Shown here: in pieces, positions 30,468-41,600 of the stretch
How the letters are laid out: each line of letters begins with the position of its first letter
How positions within the stretch are numbered: the first letter of the stretch is position 1
IMG/VR virus record: IMGVR_UViG_3300045976_000096
Coordinates: 32,001-96,000 of that record
DNA from: a virus
Length of the DNA stretch: 64,000 nt
Reading direction: 5' to 3' (one strand)
Translations under genes and position numbers: made by a program
The notes under the pieces: generated by a model
The model's database searches: none
Told to the model about the DNA's origin: nothing
Seen by the model: only the letters and a program-made list of their open reading frames with translations

Positions 30468-30802
30468 GCAAATCGATCAAGGATAGCGACATCCTGAAGG
30501 AGGCGCGCAAGCACATCGAGCAGGACAAGTACATCGTCCTGTGCGTGGCGATCAGAAATTCATTCAGGTACTGCGGCGTCATCGAGCGCCACGCCAAGCT
30601 GATCGCCTGGATCGAGAAGATGCTCGGCCCGCACTTCTACTACTCGCACTGGCTGAAGGCAAACCATCCGGCCTTCTACCACAAACAGTACCGCAAGTGG
30701 AAGATGGGTGGCCGCTGCGGCTCGCCCTGGAAGGAAGGCCGGCTCGCCTGGCTCGACTGGATGATCGCCGAGTGCGAAAGGGAGGAGACCCAGCATGGCT
30801 AA
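30461..30802 (+). CDS. hypothetical protein
   Basis: ATGGTAA overlap; RLAWLDWMI motif. Confidence 0.6.
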   Translation: MVSKSIKDSDILKEARKHIEQDKYIVLCVAIRNSFRYCGVIERHAKLIAWIEKMLGPHFYYSHWLKANHPAFYHKQYRKWKMGGRCGSPWKEGRLAWLDWMIAECEREETQHG

Positions 30803-31016
30803 GAAGGCGAACTACTCGGCGTCGAAGCGTATCAACGACGTCATCGTGGCCCTGATCCGGGCGGGCTGGGAATACCTCGGACGCAACAAGCATTCGCGCG
30901 TGCGCAGCCCGGACGGCAAGACCACGATCACGGTGCCATTCAAGATGAGCGACCACCGCGCGGAGCTGAACTGGATCAGCCAGCTTCGCCGCATGGGTGT
31001 GGAGGTGCCAGCATGA
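30795..31016 (+). CDS. HicA-like toxin (dsRBD fold)
   Basis: L...GW....R.KH.RV..PDG...ITVP. Confidence 0.65.
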   Translation: MAKKANYSASKRINDVIVALIRAGWEYLGRNKHSRVRSPDGKTTITVPFKMSDHRAELNWISQLRRMGVEVPA

Positions 31017-31411
31017 GCAAGGAACTGCAGAAGATCCTGAAACCGGGCGACCAGATCATCGCCATCGAGGACGCCCGGTTCCCGGCGCATATCTCGAAGG
31101 AGCGCCACTACTCCCAGCGCATCGGCGACATCCTGATGGTGAACAACCCGAGGGCCTGGTCGAACAGCGTCGGCGGCACCCACCTGAACGGCCATTCGTA
31201 CGACGGCCGGCCCTCCATCGGACTGGGTGGATTGCTGAATATCGGCACCTTCCGCATGGCCACGCCGGACGATCCCGGCTTCATGGCCACACGCGCGCAG
31301 TGGGCGGACATCCGCGACGCCGAGATTCGTCGGCTGCGTGACATGAACTTCGTGCTCGGCGCATGTCTGCTCACCTGCATCGGTCTGGTCATCCTTCCCT
31401 GCCTTCGCTGA
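31013..31411 (+). CDS. hypothetical protein with a C-terminal TM helix
   Basis: FVLGACLLTCIGLVILP. Confidence 0.55.
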   Translation: MSKELQKILKPGDQIIAIEDARFPAHISKERHYSQRIGDILMVNNPRAWSNSVGGTHLNGHSYDGRPSIGLGGLLNIGTFRMATPDDPGFMATRAQWADIRDAEIRRLRDMNFVLGACLLTCIGLVILPCLR

Positions 31412-31782
31412 AGGTGGCGCCTGCGGGCGCCTTTTCTTTCGGCCCGGCGCCGCCTTGGCGATCCTCGGCGCTGACGCGGACCACTGCAGCCATCCTGACC
31501 CGCGCCGCACATGGCGTGATACGCGCGGGCGCGCATTTTCATCTACCCGCCTGCCCGGCCCAGGCAACGTGCAGCGCCGACCTGGCCCCGCCGCGAAACC
31601 CGCTATGCACGCCTGATCTGGACCCGTAAAGTTCACCCATCGACGCAGCGTACAGAGCGCAGCGAACGACGCAGCAAGGGCAGCGCAGCGGGCCACGAAA
31701 TTGTCCCTATCGCCATACACCGACCTGCATACTTGACCTGTCGCGATGTGCGACACCACCAAACCTTTTTATGGAGTTTGAC

Positions 31783-32850
31783 ATGGCAGCGAAAAAGAAC
31801 AAAGCGACGGACGGCAACCTGAACGTGGCGAGCGACACCGTCGCGGGGCCGGAAGACGCGGTGCTGGCGGGGCTGCTCGAAGAACTGGAAGTGGCCGATC
31901 CGACCGTGCAGCCCGACGGCGCGAGCGGCGACGAAATCCTGGAAATCGAACCCGATGCCTCAGCGGTGGGTGTCGCCGACGAACTGATCGGCGAGGTGAG
32001 CGCGCAAGCCGCCGACACCGTGGTCGCCCTGAATGCCGAAGTCGACGCCGACGACACCGACACCCCGGTCGCCGACGTGGTCATCGGCCAGCCCGAAGCG
32101 TTCGCCGCAGCTGACGACGCCGGCATCGACTCCCTGCTCGACGACGTGGCGGGCGAACTGCACGCCGATGGCGCCGCCCAACCCGACGCCGACCCGCTCG
32201 ATTCCCTGCTCGAGGATGTCGCCAGCGACGCCGCGCGCATCGAAGCCAAGCAAAAGCTCTACGCGGAACAGGAAGCGCCCGCTGCCGCCGGCGAGGGCGA
32301 CACGCCGCAGGAGGCCGCACCGGGCAAGAAGGGCGGCAAGAAGAAGGACGCGGCGCCGAAAGAGCCGAAGGCACCCGCTCCGTCCAAGGTGACGCACAAG
32401 CGCGGCGACCTGCTGCTCGCCAAGCTGGGCGCGAAGGTCGGCGACTACCTCGTATTCGATGCCGATCCCGCCATCAACGACATGAAGCGCGACGCCTTCA
32501 TCGAGCGCATGAACGACAACAAGGCGATCGCCGACAAGGTGCGCGACAAGATCCTGATGCTCATGACGTGGATGGCCAACGGCCGCGCGCCGAGCGAACT
32601 GAACGAGGTTCTGCGCCGGGCGTTCACGGTCCTGCACGAACAGGGCGAACTCACCAGCGGAGATAAAGGCAATCTCCAGCTCAATCTTCTGGAGAAGCCG
32701 TACTCGATCGGGACTAGCCGGAGCCAGGCTTCGCAAATCTTCATGCTCTTGCCTGAACTCGACATGGTTGTAAAAACCAAAGGCAAGATGGTGCCGAATC
32801 CCAACAGTGTCATGCTCCAGGCGGTAAATCATCAGCTCGGACTGGTATAA
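31783..32850 (+). CDS. acidic N-terminus plus putative winged-helix C-terminal domain
   Basis: D/E/A-rich N-half, Lys-rich linker, YSIGT..SQASQ motif shared with ORF 44833. Confidence 0.65.
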   Translation: MAAKKNKATDGNLNVASDTVAGPEDAVLAGLLEELEVADPTVQPDGASGDEILEIEPDASAVGVADELIGEVSAQAADTVVALNAEVDADDTDTPVADVVIGQPEAFAAADDAGIDSLLDDVAGELHADGAAQPDADPLDSLLEDVASDAARIEAKQKLYAEQEAPAAAGEGDTPQEAAPGKKGGKKKDAAPKEPKAPAPSKVTHKRGDLLLAKLGAKVGDYLVFDADPAINDMKRDAFIERMNDNKAIADKVRDKILMLMTWMANGRAPSELNEVLRRAFTVLHEQGELTSGDKGNLQLNLLEKPYSIGTSRSQASQIFMLLPELDMVVKTKGKMVPNPNSVMLQAVNHQLGLV

Positions 32851-32952
32851 GGCGAGGGCGGGCCTCGCGCCCGCCCAAATAAGTCACGAAGGACTGTTGA
32901 CACGGACTCGGCGGCATCCTACGATAGGGTTTTACTTTCTAGGAACAGCAAG

Positions 32953-33831
32953 ATGACAAGTGGCGTCTACTCCATCACCAACACCGTCAGCGGCAAACGG
33001 TACATTGGTAGCTCGCAGAAGATCGCGACACGCTGGCGCATCCACCGTAACGATCTGCGAAACGGCAAGCACCACAGCCGGCATCTGCAGCACGCCTGGA
33101 ACCTGGATGGCGAGGATGCCTTCGTATTTGAAATCCTGCTCGAGTGTGGCGTCGACGATCTGTTACGTGAGGAGCAGCGACTGATGGATGAAAGGCGCGC
33201 AAGGGAAGGCAACCACGGCTACAACACGGCACCCGTTGCTGGCTCCCGTCGTGGTGTTCCGCATTCGCCCGAGGTGCGCGCCAGGATGAGTGAGAAGGCA
33301 CGCGCTCGCCCGCCAATGAAGGATGAACATCGCAAGGCGCTATCTGCCGCACTGCGTAAGGCACGATCGGAGGGTCGTCTGTTCACCGACGAGCATCGAC
33401 GCAAGATTTCGGAGTCACTCACCGGAAGGCAGTATTCGGATGAAACCCGCGCGAAGATCGGCGCCGCCGGCCGCGGTCGTCCGGTATCGGACGAAACGAA
33501 GGAGAAGCTGCGTGCCGCCTTGAAGGGCAAGCCGCTCTCCGACGAGAACTACCAGCGGCTCTTGGAGCGCAGCCGCACGACCAATGTGATCACGCCTGAA
33601 ATTCGAGCCAAGATGGTCGAATCGCGCAAGGCAACACTGGCCGCCAGGCGCAAGGAGGTCGCCGCACAAATCATCGCGCTCAAGGAGGAAGGGCTGTCGT
33701 TCTCCAAGATCGCGAAGCGTCTCACCGAGGATAAGGTGCCGACGCTGAATAGCAGGAAAGAAGGCGCGGAGCCAAGCTATAACTGGTTTCCCGCCATTGT
33801 TATCAAAATCTATAACGAGGCAACACCATGA
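32953..33831 (+). mobile_element. free-standing GIY-YIG homing endonuclease with NUMOD3 repeats
   Basis: GVYSI...YIGSS, REEQ, GYN, SDETRAKI/SDETKEKL repeats. Confidence 0.9.
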
Positions 33832-34169
33832 ACGACAAACTGAAGGCATTACCGGACGACGCGCTGGTTCGCCTCAAGGAGCAGGTGGACGAGGAATTCA
33901 AGCGCCGGCGCAACCACCTGTTCGCCATCGGCAAGCACGCCACCTTCTTCTCGGAGCGGTATGGGCGCGAAGTGCGCATCCTGATCACCGGGCGCGGCCC
34001 GAAGAACCTCGTCGGCTTCGAGTGCGACGAGTACGGCAACAAGGTCGGCCCGCAATGGCGCTGCCACCCCAGCGCGCTGACGCCGGTGCTGCCGAAACCG
34101 AAGCCCGTCGCGCCGACGGTGGGCGTGGGCCGCGACGCGCCCGCGTCGGCAATGGCGGGATCGTTTTAA
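33828..34169 (+). CDS. hypothetical protein with C-terminal DAP...GSF
   Basis: ATGA overlap; followed by a terminator. Confidence 0.6.
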   Translation: MNDKLKALPDDALVRLKEQVDEEFKRRRNHLFAIGKHATFFSERYGREVRILITGRGPKNLVGFECDEYGNKVGPQWRCHPSALTPVLPKPKPVAPTVGVGRDAPASAMAGSF

Positions 34170-34484
34170 GGAAGGGCGCCGCGGGCGCCTTTTCTTCGCG
34201 CCGGCCAAGCGCCTAGGACCGGGCCGCGATACTGGGCACCCAGCGTGCGCGTCGCCCGCGCACGACCCGCGCATGCCTGCCCACAGAACGCGCTGTACGC
34301 GCTTGGATCAGTCCCGCCCATACCCGCGCACCAGTCGCGCATCCGGCCGCCCAGAACGCGCGCTATGCGTTTCGCGGCAATGGGCATTGGCTGTTCGGCT
34401 ATAAGTCAGCCCTGACTTGCAGGCGAGTGGCAGGACGACGTACCATTCTGTTGTCGCGATGTGCGACGCAACCGGGAAATCCAA

Positions 34485-34790
34485 ATGTCGAATTTCACAA
34501 CACCCGCCGACGCGGGCGCGGGCTTCCGCACCCGCCTGACCATCTTCAACGCCGACGTGCATGTCAGCTTCCACGTCGCGCGCGACGGCTCGGGCCTGGG
34601 CAAGATGGTGGTGATGCCGCTGAATCGCGTGGGCGGCACGGTGTACTACTGCAATCTGCGCCAGCAGAACCACTACGCCAATGAGGTCAACTACCGCCTG
34701 CTCAACGACGAGGGTTTGTCGAGCGCTTCCTACGAGGGCATTGTCGCCTGGCTCGACACGCACGAAGCGCTGGTCAAGGAGAGGGCGTGA
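34485..34790 (+). CDS. hypothetical protein
   Basis: After an operator and 5' hairpin. Confidence 0.55.
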   Translation: MSNFTTPADAGAGFRTRLTIFNADVHVSFHVARDGSGLGKMVVMPLNRVGGTVYYCNLRQQNHYANEVNYRLLNDEGLSSASYEGIVAWLDTHEALVKERA

Positions 34791-35236
34791 TGGGCAAGAT
34801 CCACGAGCGCTTCAAGAGCCAGGCGACGCGCCAGCACACGATCATGGTGGACGCACGCGTGGCCCAGGCGGCCGCCAACCAGAAACCCGACACCGCGCGC
34901 CGCATGAGCGTCTTCATGGCCGACCTCGACCGCGTGCGCGCCGACCGTACGCTCGATACCGCGGCGCGCCACTTCACGATGGATCGCCTGGCCGAGGAGG
35001 CGCGGGCGCTGGGTCTCAAGGGTCGCTGGAACCTGCTGTGCAACCGGGCCCAGTGCCTGCGCACGCCGGCGACGTGGTACAACCGCGGCAGCTACGCCTT
35101 TTACTGCGCCGACTGCGCGCGCGACCTGAGCGCCGACCGGTTCAACCGGCGCGAAGCCGAGAGACTGTTTGGCGGGTCGCTGTGCATCAACATCGGCAGT
35201 GCCGAAGAAGCAGCCGAGCTGCACGTAATGCCATGA
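34790..35236 (+). CDS. zinc-binding hypothetical protein
   Basis: CNR..C, YC..CA. Confidence 0.6.
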   Translation: MGKIHERFKSQATRQHTIMVDARVAQAAANQKPDTARRMSVFMADLDRVRADRTLDTAARHFTMDRLAEEARALGLKGRWNLLCNRAQCLRTPATWYNRGSYAFYCADCARDLSADRFNRREAERLFGGSLCINIGSAEEAAELHVMP

Positions 35237-35490
35237 TCACGCCATTTCCGTACCCGGTGGGCCACAAGGTCCGCCGCCTGACCGAAAAGCCGAAGCTGTA
35301 CCGCGGCTGGACGATCTACGCCTACCAGACATGGTGTCAGCAGTACGGTGCCGCGCACGGCGAGTGGCACGACCTGGCGCTGGCGTGCAAGACAGGCGCG
35401 CCGGTGATCGCCGGCGTGGGCGACCTGTACAAGGCAATCGACCAGGCGGTCGAGACGGGCCAGCCACCCGCCGCACTCTGGGCGTCATAA
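35233..35490 (+). CDS. hypothetical protein
   Basis: ATGA overlap. Confidence 0.5.
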   Translation: MITPFPYPVGHKVRRLTEKPKLYRGWTIYAYQTWCQQYGAAHGEWHDLALACKTGAPVIAGVGDLYKAIDQAVETGQPPAALWAS

Positions 35491-35525
35491 TAGCTTTACC
35501 GCAACAACGTAATAAGGGAACAACG

Positions 35526-35795
35526 ATGGACGACAATATCAAGTGGCGCGATTTCACGCGCACGCACAAGGCGATCGGGCAGTTCAAGGCGACGCAGGGT
35601 CAGCGCAACGGCTTGTGGAACACGGTCGAATGCATCGCCGACATCGAGAAAGCGGACGCCGCCGAGCGCGCCGCGCTGCAGCTGGTGCAGGACGCCTTTT
35701 ACCAGGATACGGCCGACATCAACCGCCTGGACGACTGCCGGCTCCTGCAAGTGCAAGACATCATCCACATGACCGACTGGAAGGCACCGGCATGA
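35526..35795 (+). CDS. hypothetical protein
   Basis: AAGGGA RBS. Confidence 0.5.
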   Translation: MDDNIKWRDFTRTHKAIGQFKATQGQRNGLWNTVECIADIEKADAAERAALQLVQDAFYQDTADINRLDDCRLLQVQDIIHMTDWKAPA

Positions 35796-36421
35796 GCGCG
35801 TTCCTGAACCTCACCGATCCGGGCGTGCGCGCCGCGCTGCGTCACCCGGCCCTGGCCGGCAAGAAGCGCATCGGGCGCGGCGGCTTCTGCGCCGTGTACG
35901 ACAACGGCGACACGGTCCTGAAACTCACCGCCGACGGCGTCGCGCACGACTTCGCGGCGTCTGCGTGGCGCCCGCAGGGCGAGCACTTCCCGCGTCTGGT
36001 CGACAGTCACTTCTGCATCGGCGAAACCAGCGGCGGCGATCTGCTCTACCTGTACGAGGCGGAAAAGCTGCAGCCGATCGGCCGCGACAGCCTGTACCAC
36101 ATCAAGAAGGCGGTCAAGGATCTGAACGTGAAGGTTGGCGCGACCTACGCCAATCAAGAGTTCAGAGGCCACAACACCGAGGTTTACAACAGCAGCCGCG
36201 CGTGCGAGGAATTGGCCCAGAACGTGTCGCTGCCGGATACCATGCGCGACGCATTCAGCCAGCTGGCCACGTTCATCGCCAGCTGGAATGCCGCGCTCGA
36301 CTTCCACAGCAAGAATGTCATGCTGCGCGGCGACACCATCGTCCTGAACGACCCGATCGTCGGCGCCGACGCCATCAAGAAATACCGCGACTTGAACCGG
36401 AAGAACCGGTTCGGCTACTGA
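35792..36421 (+). CDS. Ser/Thr protein kinase-like (T7 gp0.7-like)
   Basis: IGRGGFCAVY Gly loop, VLK, DFHSKNVM catalytic loop, NDP. Confidence 0.75.
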   Translation: MSAFLNLTDPGVRAALRHPALAGKKRIGRGGFCAVYDNGDTVLKLTADGVAHDFAASAWRPQGEHFPRLVDSHFCIGETSGGDLLYLYEAEKLQPIGRDSLYHIKKAVKDLNVKVGATYANQEFRGHNTEVYNSSRACEELAQNVSLPDTMRDAFSQLATFIASWNAALDFHSKNVMLRGDTIVLNDPIVGADAIKKYRDLNRKNRFGY

Positions 36422-36428
36422 GGGCACC

Positions 36429-36686
36429 ATGAAGATACTCGCCAAGCTGTACCTGCCGCCTGGCCCGCACAAGACCGGCGAAATGCATCTGTTCGAGGAC
36501 AGCATGTATGCGGCGCGTGACCGCGTCGCCGCCAGTCTTGCGCTGATCGACTGGATGACGGAAGAAAACTGGTGCGTATGCTCCGGCGCGCTGGACGCGC
36601 CGCGCATCCTGCACTACCGCATGAAGAAGGGCGACGACACCGCCTACTTCACACTTCGCAATTTGGATCACGTTTGGGAGGAATAA
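36429..36686 (+). CDS. hypothetical protein
   Basis: ORF within the operon. Confidence 0.5.
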   Translation: MKILAKLYLPPGPHKTGEMHLFEDSMYAARDRVAASLALIDWMTEENWCVCSGALDAPRILHYRMKKGDDTAYFTLRNLDHVWEE

Positions 36687-36886
36687 TGCAGATCATCATC
36701 ACCGAGCACATCAGGAAACCCGGACGCGGCTGGCTGCGCGGCCGCCAGGCACCCGCCACCGACCCGCACTGGAGCGCGGGCGACAAGCTGTGGATCAACC
36801 AGCTGGTCGAATCCGGCGACACCGTCCTGACCGTGGGCGACACCATGTACCAGGCCCAGCTGGTGCGCGGCGAGGTGGCGTCATGA
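36686..36886 (+). CDS. hypothetical protein
   Basis: TAATG overlap, GGAGG RBS. Confidence 0.5.
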   Translation: MQIIITEHIRKPGRGWLRGRQAPATDPHWSAGDKLWINQLVESGDTVLTVGDTMYQAQLVRGEVAS

Positions 36887-37077
36887 GCGCCGCGCCGATG
36901 ACCCAGACCGACTACGTGGCGATGGATGGCGGCTGCTGCCCGTTTTGCGGCGGCACCGACATCGTCGGCGGCGTGATCACGATCGCGGAAGGCGCGGCGC
37001 ACCAGGAGGTCGGCTGCAACGAATGCGACCGCGAGTGGAACGACACCTACAAGCTGACCGGCTACCAGGAGATATGA
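36883..37077 (+). CDS. zinc-ribbon protein
   Basis: CPFC...CNEC. Confidence 0.6.
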   Translation: MSAAPMTQTDYVAMDGGCCPFCGGTDIVGGVITIAEGAAHQEVGCNECDREWNDTYKLTGYQEI

Positions 37078-37116
37078 TGGCGGGAAGTCTGAAGCCCGCG
37101 CGCGGCGCGCGCCAGC

Positions 37117-37497
37117 ATGCCCATCGAGGCGATCGAGGTCGGCGAGGACATCGTCGGCTGCGGTTACTGCGGCGGGCAGCTGCTGCTGATCGAAATGATG
37201 CCGGACGGCCACCACGAAATCTGCAACGACTGCGGACAGCACTACCATGTGACGGACGAAGGCGAGAGTGCCGAGGACATCACAGCGGCGTTGGCCGCCG
37301 ACATCGAAATCGTGGACGACGCCACCGGCGAGGTGGTCGGCACCACCGCGCCCGGCATGACCCACCCGTCCGAGCTGGACCGCCTGCTGCAGGAGCTGGG
37401 CGGCGAGGTGCCGATGGCCAGCGCCGCGGACCTGAACCACCTGTTCGGCATCAAGGACAAGCCCTGCCCGTATGGCGACGAGTTTGGCTCATTCTGA
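37117..37497 (+). CDS. zinc-ribbon protein with C-terminal FGSF
   Basis: CGYC...CNDC; acidic. Confidence 0.6.
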   Translation: MPIEAIEVGEDIVGCGYCGGQLLLIEMMPDGHHEICNDCGQHYHVTDEGESAEDITAALAADIEIVDDATGEVVGTTAPGMTHPSELDRLLQELGGEVPMASAADLNHLFGIKDKPCPYGDEFGSF

Positions 37498-37578
37498 CGC
37501 GCCGCGCACACGCCGCAGTTGCGCAACGATAATAACTACATCGCAAGTTCGCGATGACACGAAAGGGAGAAGGACAAA

Positions 37579-38524
37579 ATGTTAACGGCGCAGATTCACG
37601 ACGTCACGCTCGGCAAGTACGACATGCCGCAGATTCACTTCAGCCTGCACGACGGCGAGGACACCGGCATGGTGTCGTTCGAGGACACGATCGGGTTGGC
37701 GCATGCGACCTTCCTGATCGAGCACTCGATCGTCACCGCCAACAACGCCTACGGCCGCATGCTCAACGCCTTCATCGGTGCCGATCACCCGCAGGGCCTG
37801 GTTGGCCAGGAATTCATCGATGTCGAGGAGAACGAGGAATGAAAACCATCGAATGCAAGCGCGTCGACCTGTGGGACGGCGGCGAGCGGCACAACTTCGG
37901 CTACCGGGTCAACATCGGCGTGCCGGACGGACTGATCGAACTGCGCGATCCGCATTGCAACATCACGAAGGAAGTGATCACCGTTTTTGACAGCCTCGCC
38001 GAAGTCGACGACAACAGCGTCGCCAAGCTGCGCAAGAGCGCCTGGAACAAGCTGACCCCGCAGGAACGCCAAGCCCTGAACATGAAGGAGCCGACATGAG
38101 CCGCCACACCATCGCCATCACCATCGACAGTCCCGCCGACATGAGCGCAAACCAGGCGACCGCGTTTGTCGCCGGCGCGATCGACACTGTGCGTGGCAAC
38201 TACCTTGCCATGCAGCGCACCGGCATGCTGAACGGCAGCGCCGACAAGTTCGCCGAGAACCTCGGCGGCAGCGTGATCGTCACGGCGCTGCAAAGTCCGA
38301 TGCGCGCCAAATTCGCGCTGGAGGTTGGCGCGGAACTGCAGAACGACATCGCCAAGCTAATCGAGGAAAAGGACGGCATGCTGCCGGCGCCGGCCCGCGG
38401 CCTGGCGCAGGACATCATCGACATCGTGATGCGCAGCCAGCTGGTTCACCCGGAAGCGCGCGCGCTGTACGAAGTGATGCCGGACACGGCCGGCTCGGTG
38501 CCGCGAACCCAGAAGGCGGACTGA
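37579..38524 (+). CDS. three coupled hypothetical ORFs (37579-37842, 37839-38099, 38096-38524)
   Basis: ATGA overlaps, RBSs, upstream KCC-class promoter. Confidence 0.55.
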
Positions 38525-38616
38525 AACCCAGCCTCGTTGCCAAATTGCACTGCCTGTGTTGCGTTGCGATAATGACTCTATCGACACAACGCGCACAGCG
38601 CAGAAAGGGAAACATC

Positions 38617-38916
38617 ATGCAGCAAGTCAAGACCTTATTTCCGCCCGCCAGCCTGCAGCGCGACGCCTGGTTCGGGTACGCGCCGCAGCTGGTCGCCGCC
38701 TACCGCGCCGGCCAGTACCGCGCCGGTCCCGCCTTCTACACCCGCAAGGCGGGCGAGGACGCGGTCGAGGAAGCGTTCGACCTGTCCAACAACCCGTCGC
38801 GCCAGGACGAGCGCGACCTCGTGTTCGGCGACCACCGCAGCGTTTCGGTTGGCGACATCGTGGAGGTGGGTAGTGATGCCTACCTGTGCAAATCCTCGGG
38901 CTGGGAGAAACTGTGA
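38617..38916 (+). CDS. YodL-like domain protein
   Basis: RSVSVGDIV......Y.C...GW. Confidence 0.6.
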   Translation: MQQVKTLFPPASLQRDAWFGYAPQLVAAYRAGQYRAGPAFYTRKAGEDAVEEAFDLSNNPSRQDERDLVFGDHRSVSVGDIVEVGSDAYLCKSSGWEKL

Positions 38917-39905
38917 TGCTGTGGATGATCACCGGCGACAAACTGCACAGGGACGGCCCGAACCTGATCGGCCGCTGCGGCGACGACCTGTGCGCGAGCC
39001 TGGGCGACATTCGCGTGCCGCCCACCCGGCAGCCCGGCATCAAGGCGGACTGCAACTACGATTTCCGTCTGCTCGATGGCGACGGCGAGCATTGCTTCAC
39101 CGGCGTGTGCAAGGATCTCGACGACCAGGATGGCGACGCCGCCTTCGAGCCGCTCGACATGTTCATGCACGGCTTCGGCGTGGTGGAAATGCAGTACCGG
39201 AAGAAAGGCGAGAAAGAATGGAAAACACTGTGAACCCCGCCGAGCGCATCACCGACACCATGCTGCAGGCAGCGCTCGGCGTCGACGACCTCGACGAGGC
39301 GATCGGCACCATCATGGAGCAGGTCGGCATTACCGATGGCGGCATCGCCGGGATGGTATTCTCGGGCGCCTACAACCACGACTGGTGGCGCGAAGCTGAC
39401 CGTCAGGACCGCTTGTGGAAGCTGTGCGAGTGGCGCGACTACGAACAGACGCTCGCCTGCATTTAACGGATTTTTACAATGACCGGCATACCGCCGGTCA
39501 CTTTACCAAGAGGAAGTGAAGATGTGCCAAACTGAAAACAAAACCCCGGCCCTGTCGCTGGAAGCGAACCTGCTGGCTGCCCTGCTGGGTCGCGGCATCG
39601 CCCTCGACGTGGCCCAGGCGGCGACCAAGGACGTGATCACCACCTTCGCCAACAGCGAGGTGGCGCACCCGTGCTGGGCCGATCAGGTGCGCGGCATTGC
39701 GCCGGCGGAGAGCATCGAGGAAAAAGAGACCACCCAGGCCAGCATCGACCCGGACGGCACGATGGAGCTGTTTCCCGGCGTACGCGTGCAAGTCGTGCGC
39801 ATCGGCGAGGACGACAAGCCGGAAGACGTCACTGCCGGCATGCCAGAGAGCCTGAAGGCGGTGTTGCGCGGCATTGCCACGACGCTGGAGGCGCGCCGCA
39901 AGTAA
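38916..39905 (+). CDS. three hypothetical ORFs (38916-39233, 39218-39466, 39522-39905)
   Basis: Coupled or RBS-led ORFs; terminator at about 39933-39960. Confidence 0.5.
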
Positions 39906-40281
39906 CCCACAGACAACTTGACACTTAGGCAAGAAAAGCAGGCTTCACGCCTGCTTTTTGCGTGATAAAATCCCTCCTAGGAAAAGTTCTTTGAAATCAA
40001 GGACTTACGCCAATCTTATTGCGGAGTAAGTGCGGGCCTAACGCTGAACTCCTGCAACCACAAACCAGCACAGCAGGTCAGCACGCGCGACACCGTCGGA
40101 AAGGGCATCAGAACGCGCTACAAGCGCTTGGATTGACCCGGTTGATACCCGCACACCACCCAGCGCAAAAACGTCTCAAAAGCCCGATTTTGCGTTTTCA
40201 GGCTTGACCATTGCCGGGCACAATCCGCGCACCGGGCGCTACACTTGCGTATCGAGTACTCAACCATACGAGGAGAGCAGG

Positions 40282-40560
40282 ATGAACGGCTACCGGGTAG
40301 CGAACGACATGGAGTACAAGCTGTACCAGGAGATTACCGGCCCGAGCGTGGCCATGATGGAGAACGGTGCCGGCATGCGGGAACTGGAGCGGGCGGTGAA
40401 AATCGCGGAAGCCCGGCTCGAGCGCCTCGGCATGGTGACGACCCAGGCGGGCCTGCTGGTGCGCGACGACCAGGACATCTTGGATACCGACGACCTGACC
40501 GCCGCGGCAGCACGACTGAAGATGTTCGACATCCTCAACAGGGTCATGCAGGCTCCCTAA
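40282..40560 (+). CDS. hypothetical protein
   Basis: AGGAG RBS. Confidence 0.5.
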   Translation: MNGYRVANDMEYKLYQEITGPSVAMMENGAGMRELERAVKIAEARLERLGMVTTQAGLLVRDDQDILDTDDLTAAAARLKMFDILNRVMQAP

Positions 40561-40697
40561 GAACGCGACCTACCGGCGCAAGGAAATTATAGCCCGGATT
40601 GCAATCGACGCAACTTATCGCGCCGCAACGCTTCCGAAAATAATTGTTTAAGCTGTAGAAGTATGAAATACCTATAGAAAGCAGAGGAGAGTGATAA

Positions 40698-41003
40698 GTG
40701 AACGCACCGGCCCCAAGTCCACGCCCGCCGCTACATTTCATCGTGTGGCGCGTGACCTACAGCAGCGGCAGGACCACCGTCTCGGCGATCGACAAGAACC
40801 AGTTCGAGGCGCACATGGAGGAAAGCCCCGACTACCTCGACGGCTCGGCCTGTGTGAAAGCAATCAGCATCGCCGAGGCGGAAGACCTCGCGCGTGATCC
40901 GAACCTGTGGGAACCGATCCCGGCCCACGTAATCGAACAGGCACAAGAGCAACACCGGCAAGCAAAACTCGCGGCCAAGGCCCATTACCCGGCCGCATGG
41001 TAA
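40698..41003 (+). CDS. hypothetical protein with C-terminal YPAAW
   Basis: AGGAG RBS, GTG start. Confidence 0.5.
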   Translation: MNAPAPSPRPPLHFIVWRVTYSSGRTTVSAIDKNQFEAHMEESPDYLDGSACVKAISIAEAEDLARDPNLWEPIPAHVIEQAQEQHRQAKLAAKAHYPAAW

Positions 41004-41034
41004 GCGAAACCACCAGGCCACAACAAGGAAAACC

Positions 41035-41400
41035 ATGAAACCCGAATACGAACAGGCCTTGAAGGAAGTCGCCGACCTGCACAACGAAATGTACCGGATG
41101 CGGCGGCAAGCGGACAACAAGCTGCGGCAACTCGTCAACGACCTCGTCAAGGAAGACAACCCGCACACGATCATGGAAATGCTCAGGAAGATCCCACCAG
41201 GCCCATACCGCATGGAACTGAGCATTCACCACGCCGACCGGCTTCAGGACAAGAACTACCGGCACCGCAGCGAACAGGCAGCAATCAACCTGCCCAACGC
41301 ACGCACGCAATGGAACAACGCAGTGAAAGGACTGCTGCACGGCACACCAAACGGCATCATGACCACATACACGGGAGGAACAGGAACACCACGACGGTAG
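41035..41400 (+). CDS. hypothetical protein
   Basis: AAGGA RBS. Confidence 0.5.
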   Translation: MKPEYEQALKEVADLHNEMYRMRRQADNKLRQLVNDLVKEDNPHTIMEMLRKIPPGPYRMELSIHHADRLQDKNYRHRSEQAAINLPNARTQWNNAVKGLLHGTPNGIMTTYTGGTGTPRR

Positions 41401-41584
41401 ACAGACATCATGACCACCATACCGGTCCTCACATACACATCACATGCCTGTGTAGAGACAAGGATTGCATGGGCACATGGAAGGATCGCCTGGCGACGTA
41501 TTGCCTCCTTCAATCCACCCGCAATCCCGGCTTTCCTTCCGTTCTCCCTATGAGAACACCCCGTTGCCAAGGCGGTAGCGGGTA

Positions 41585-41600
41585 TGTTTCACGTGAAACA
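41585..41600. promoter_or_regulatory. parS: parS palindrome (chromosomal consensus)
   Basis: Perfect TGTTTCACGTGAAACA. Confidence 0.85.
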
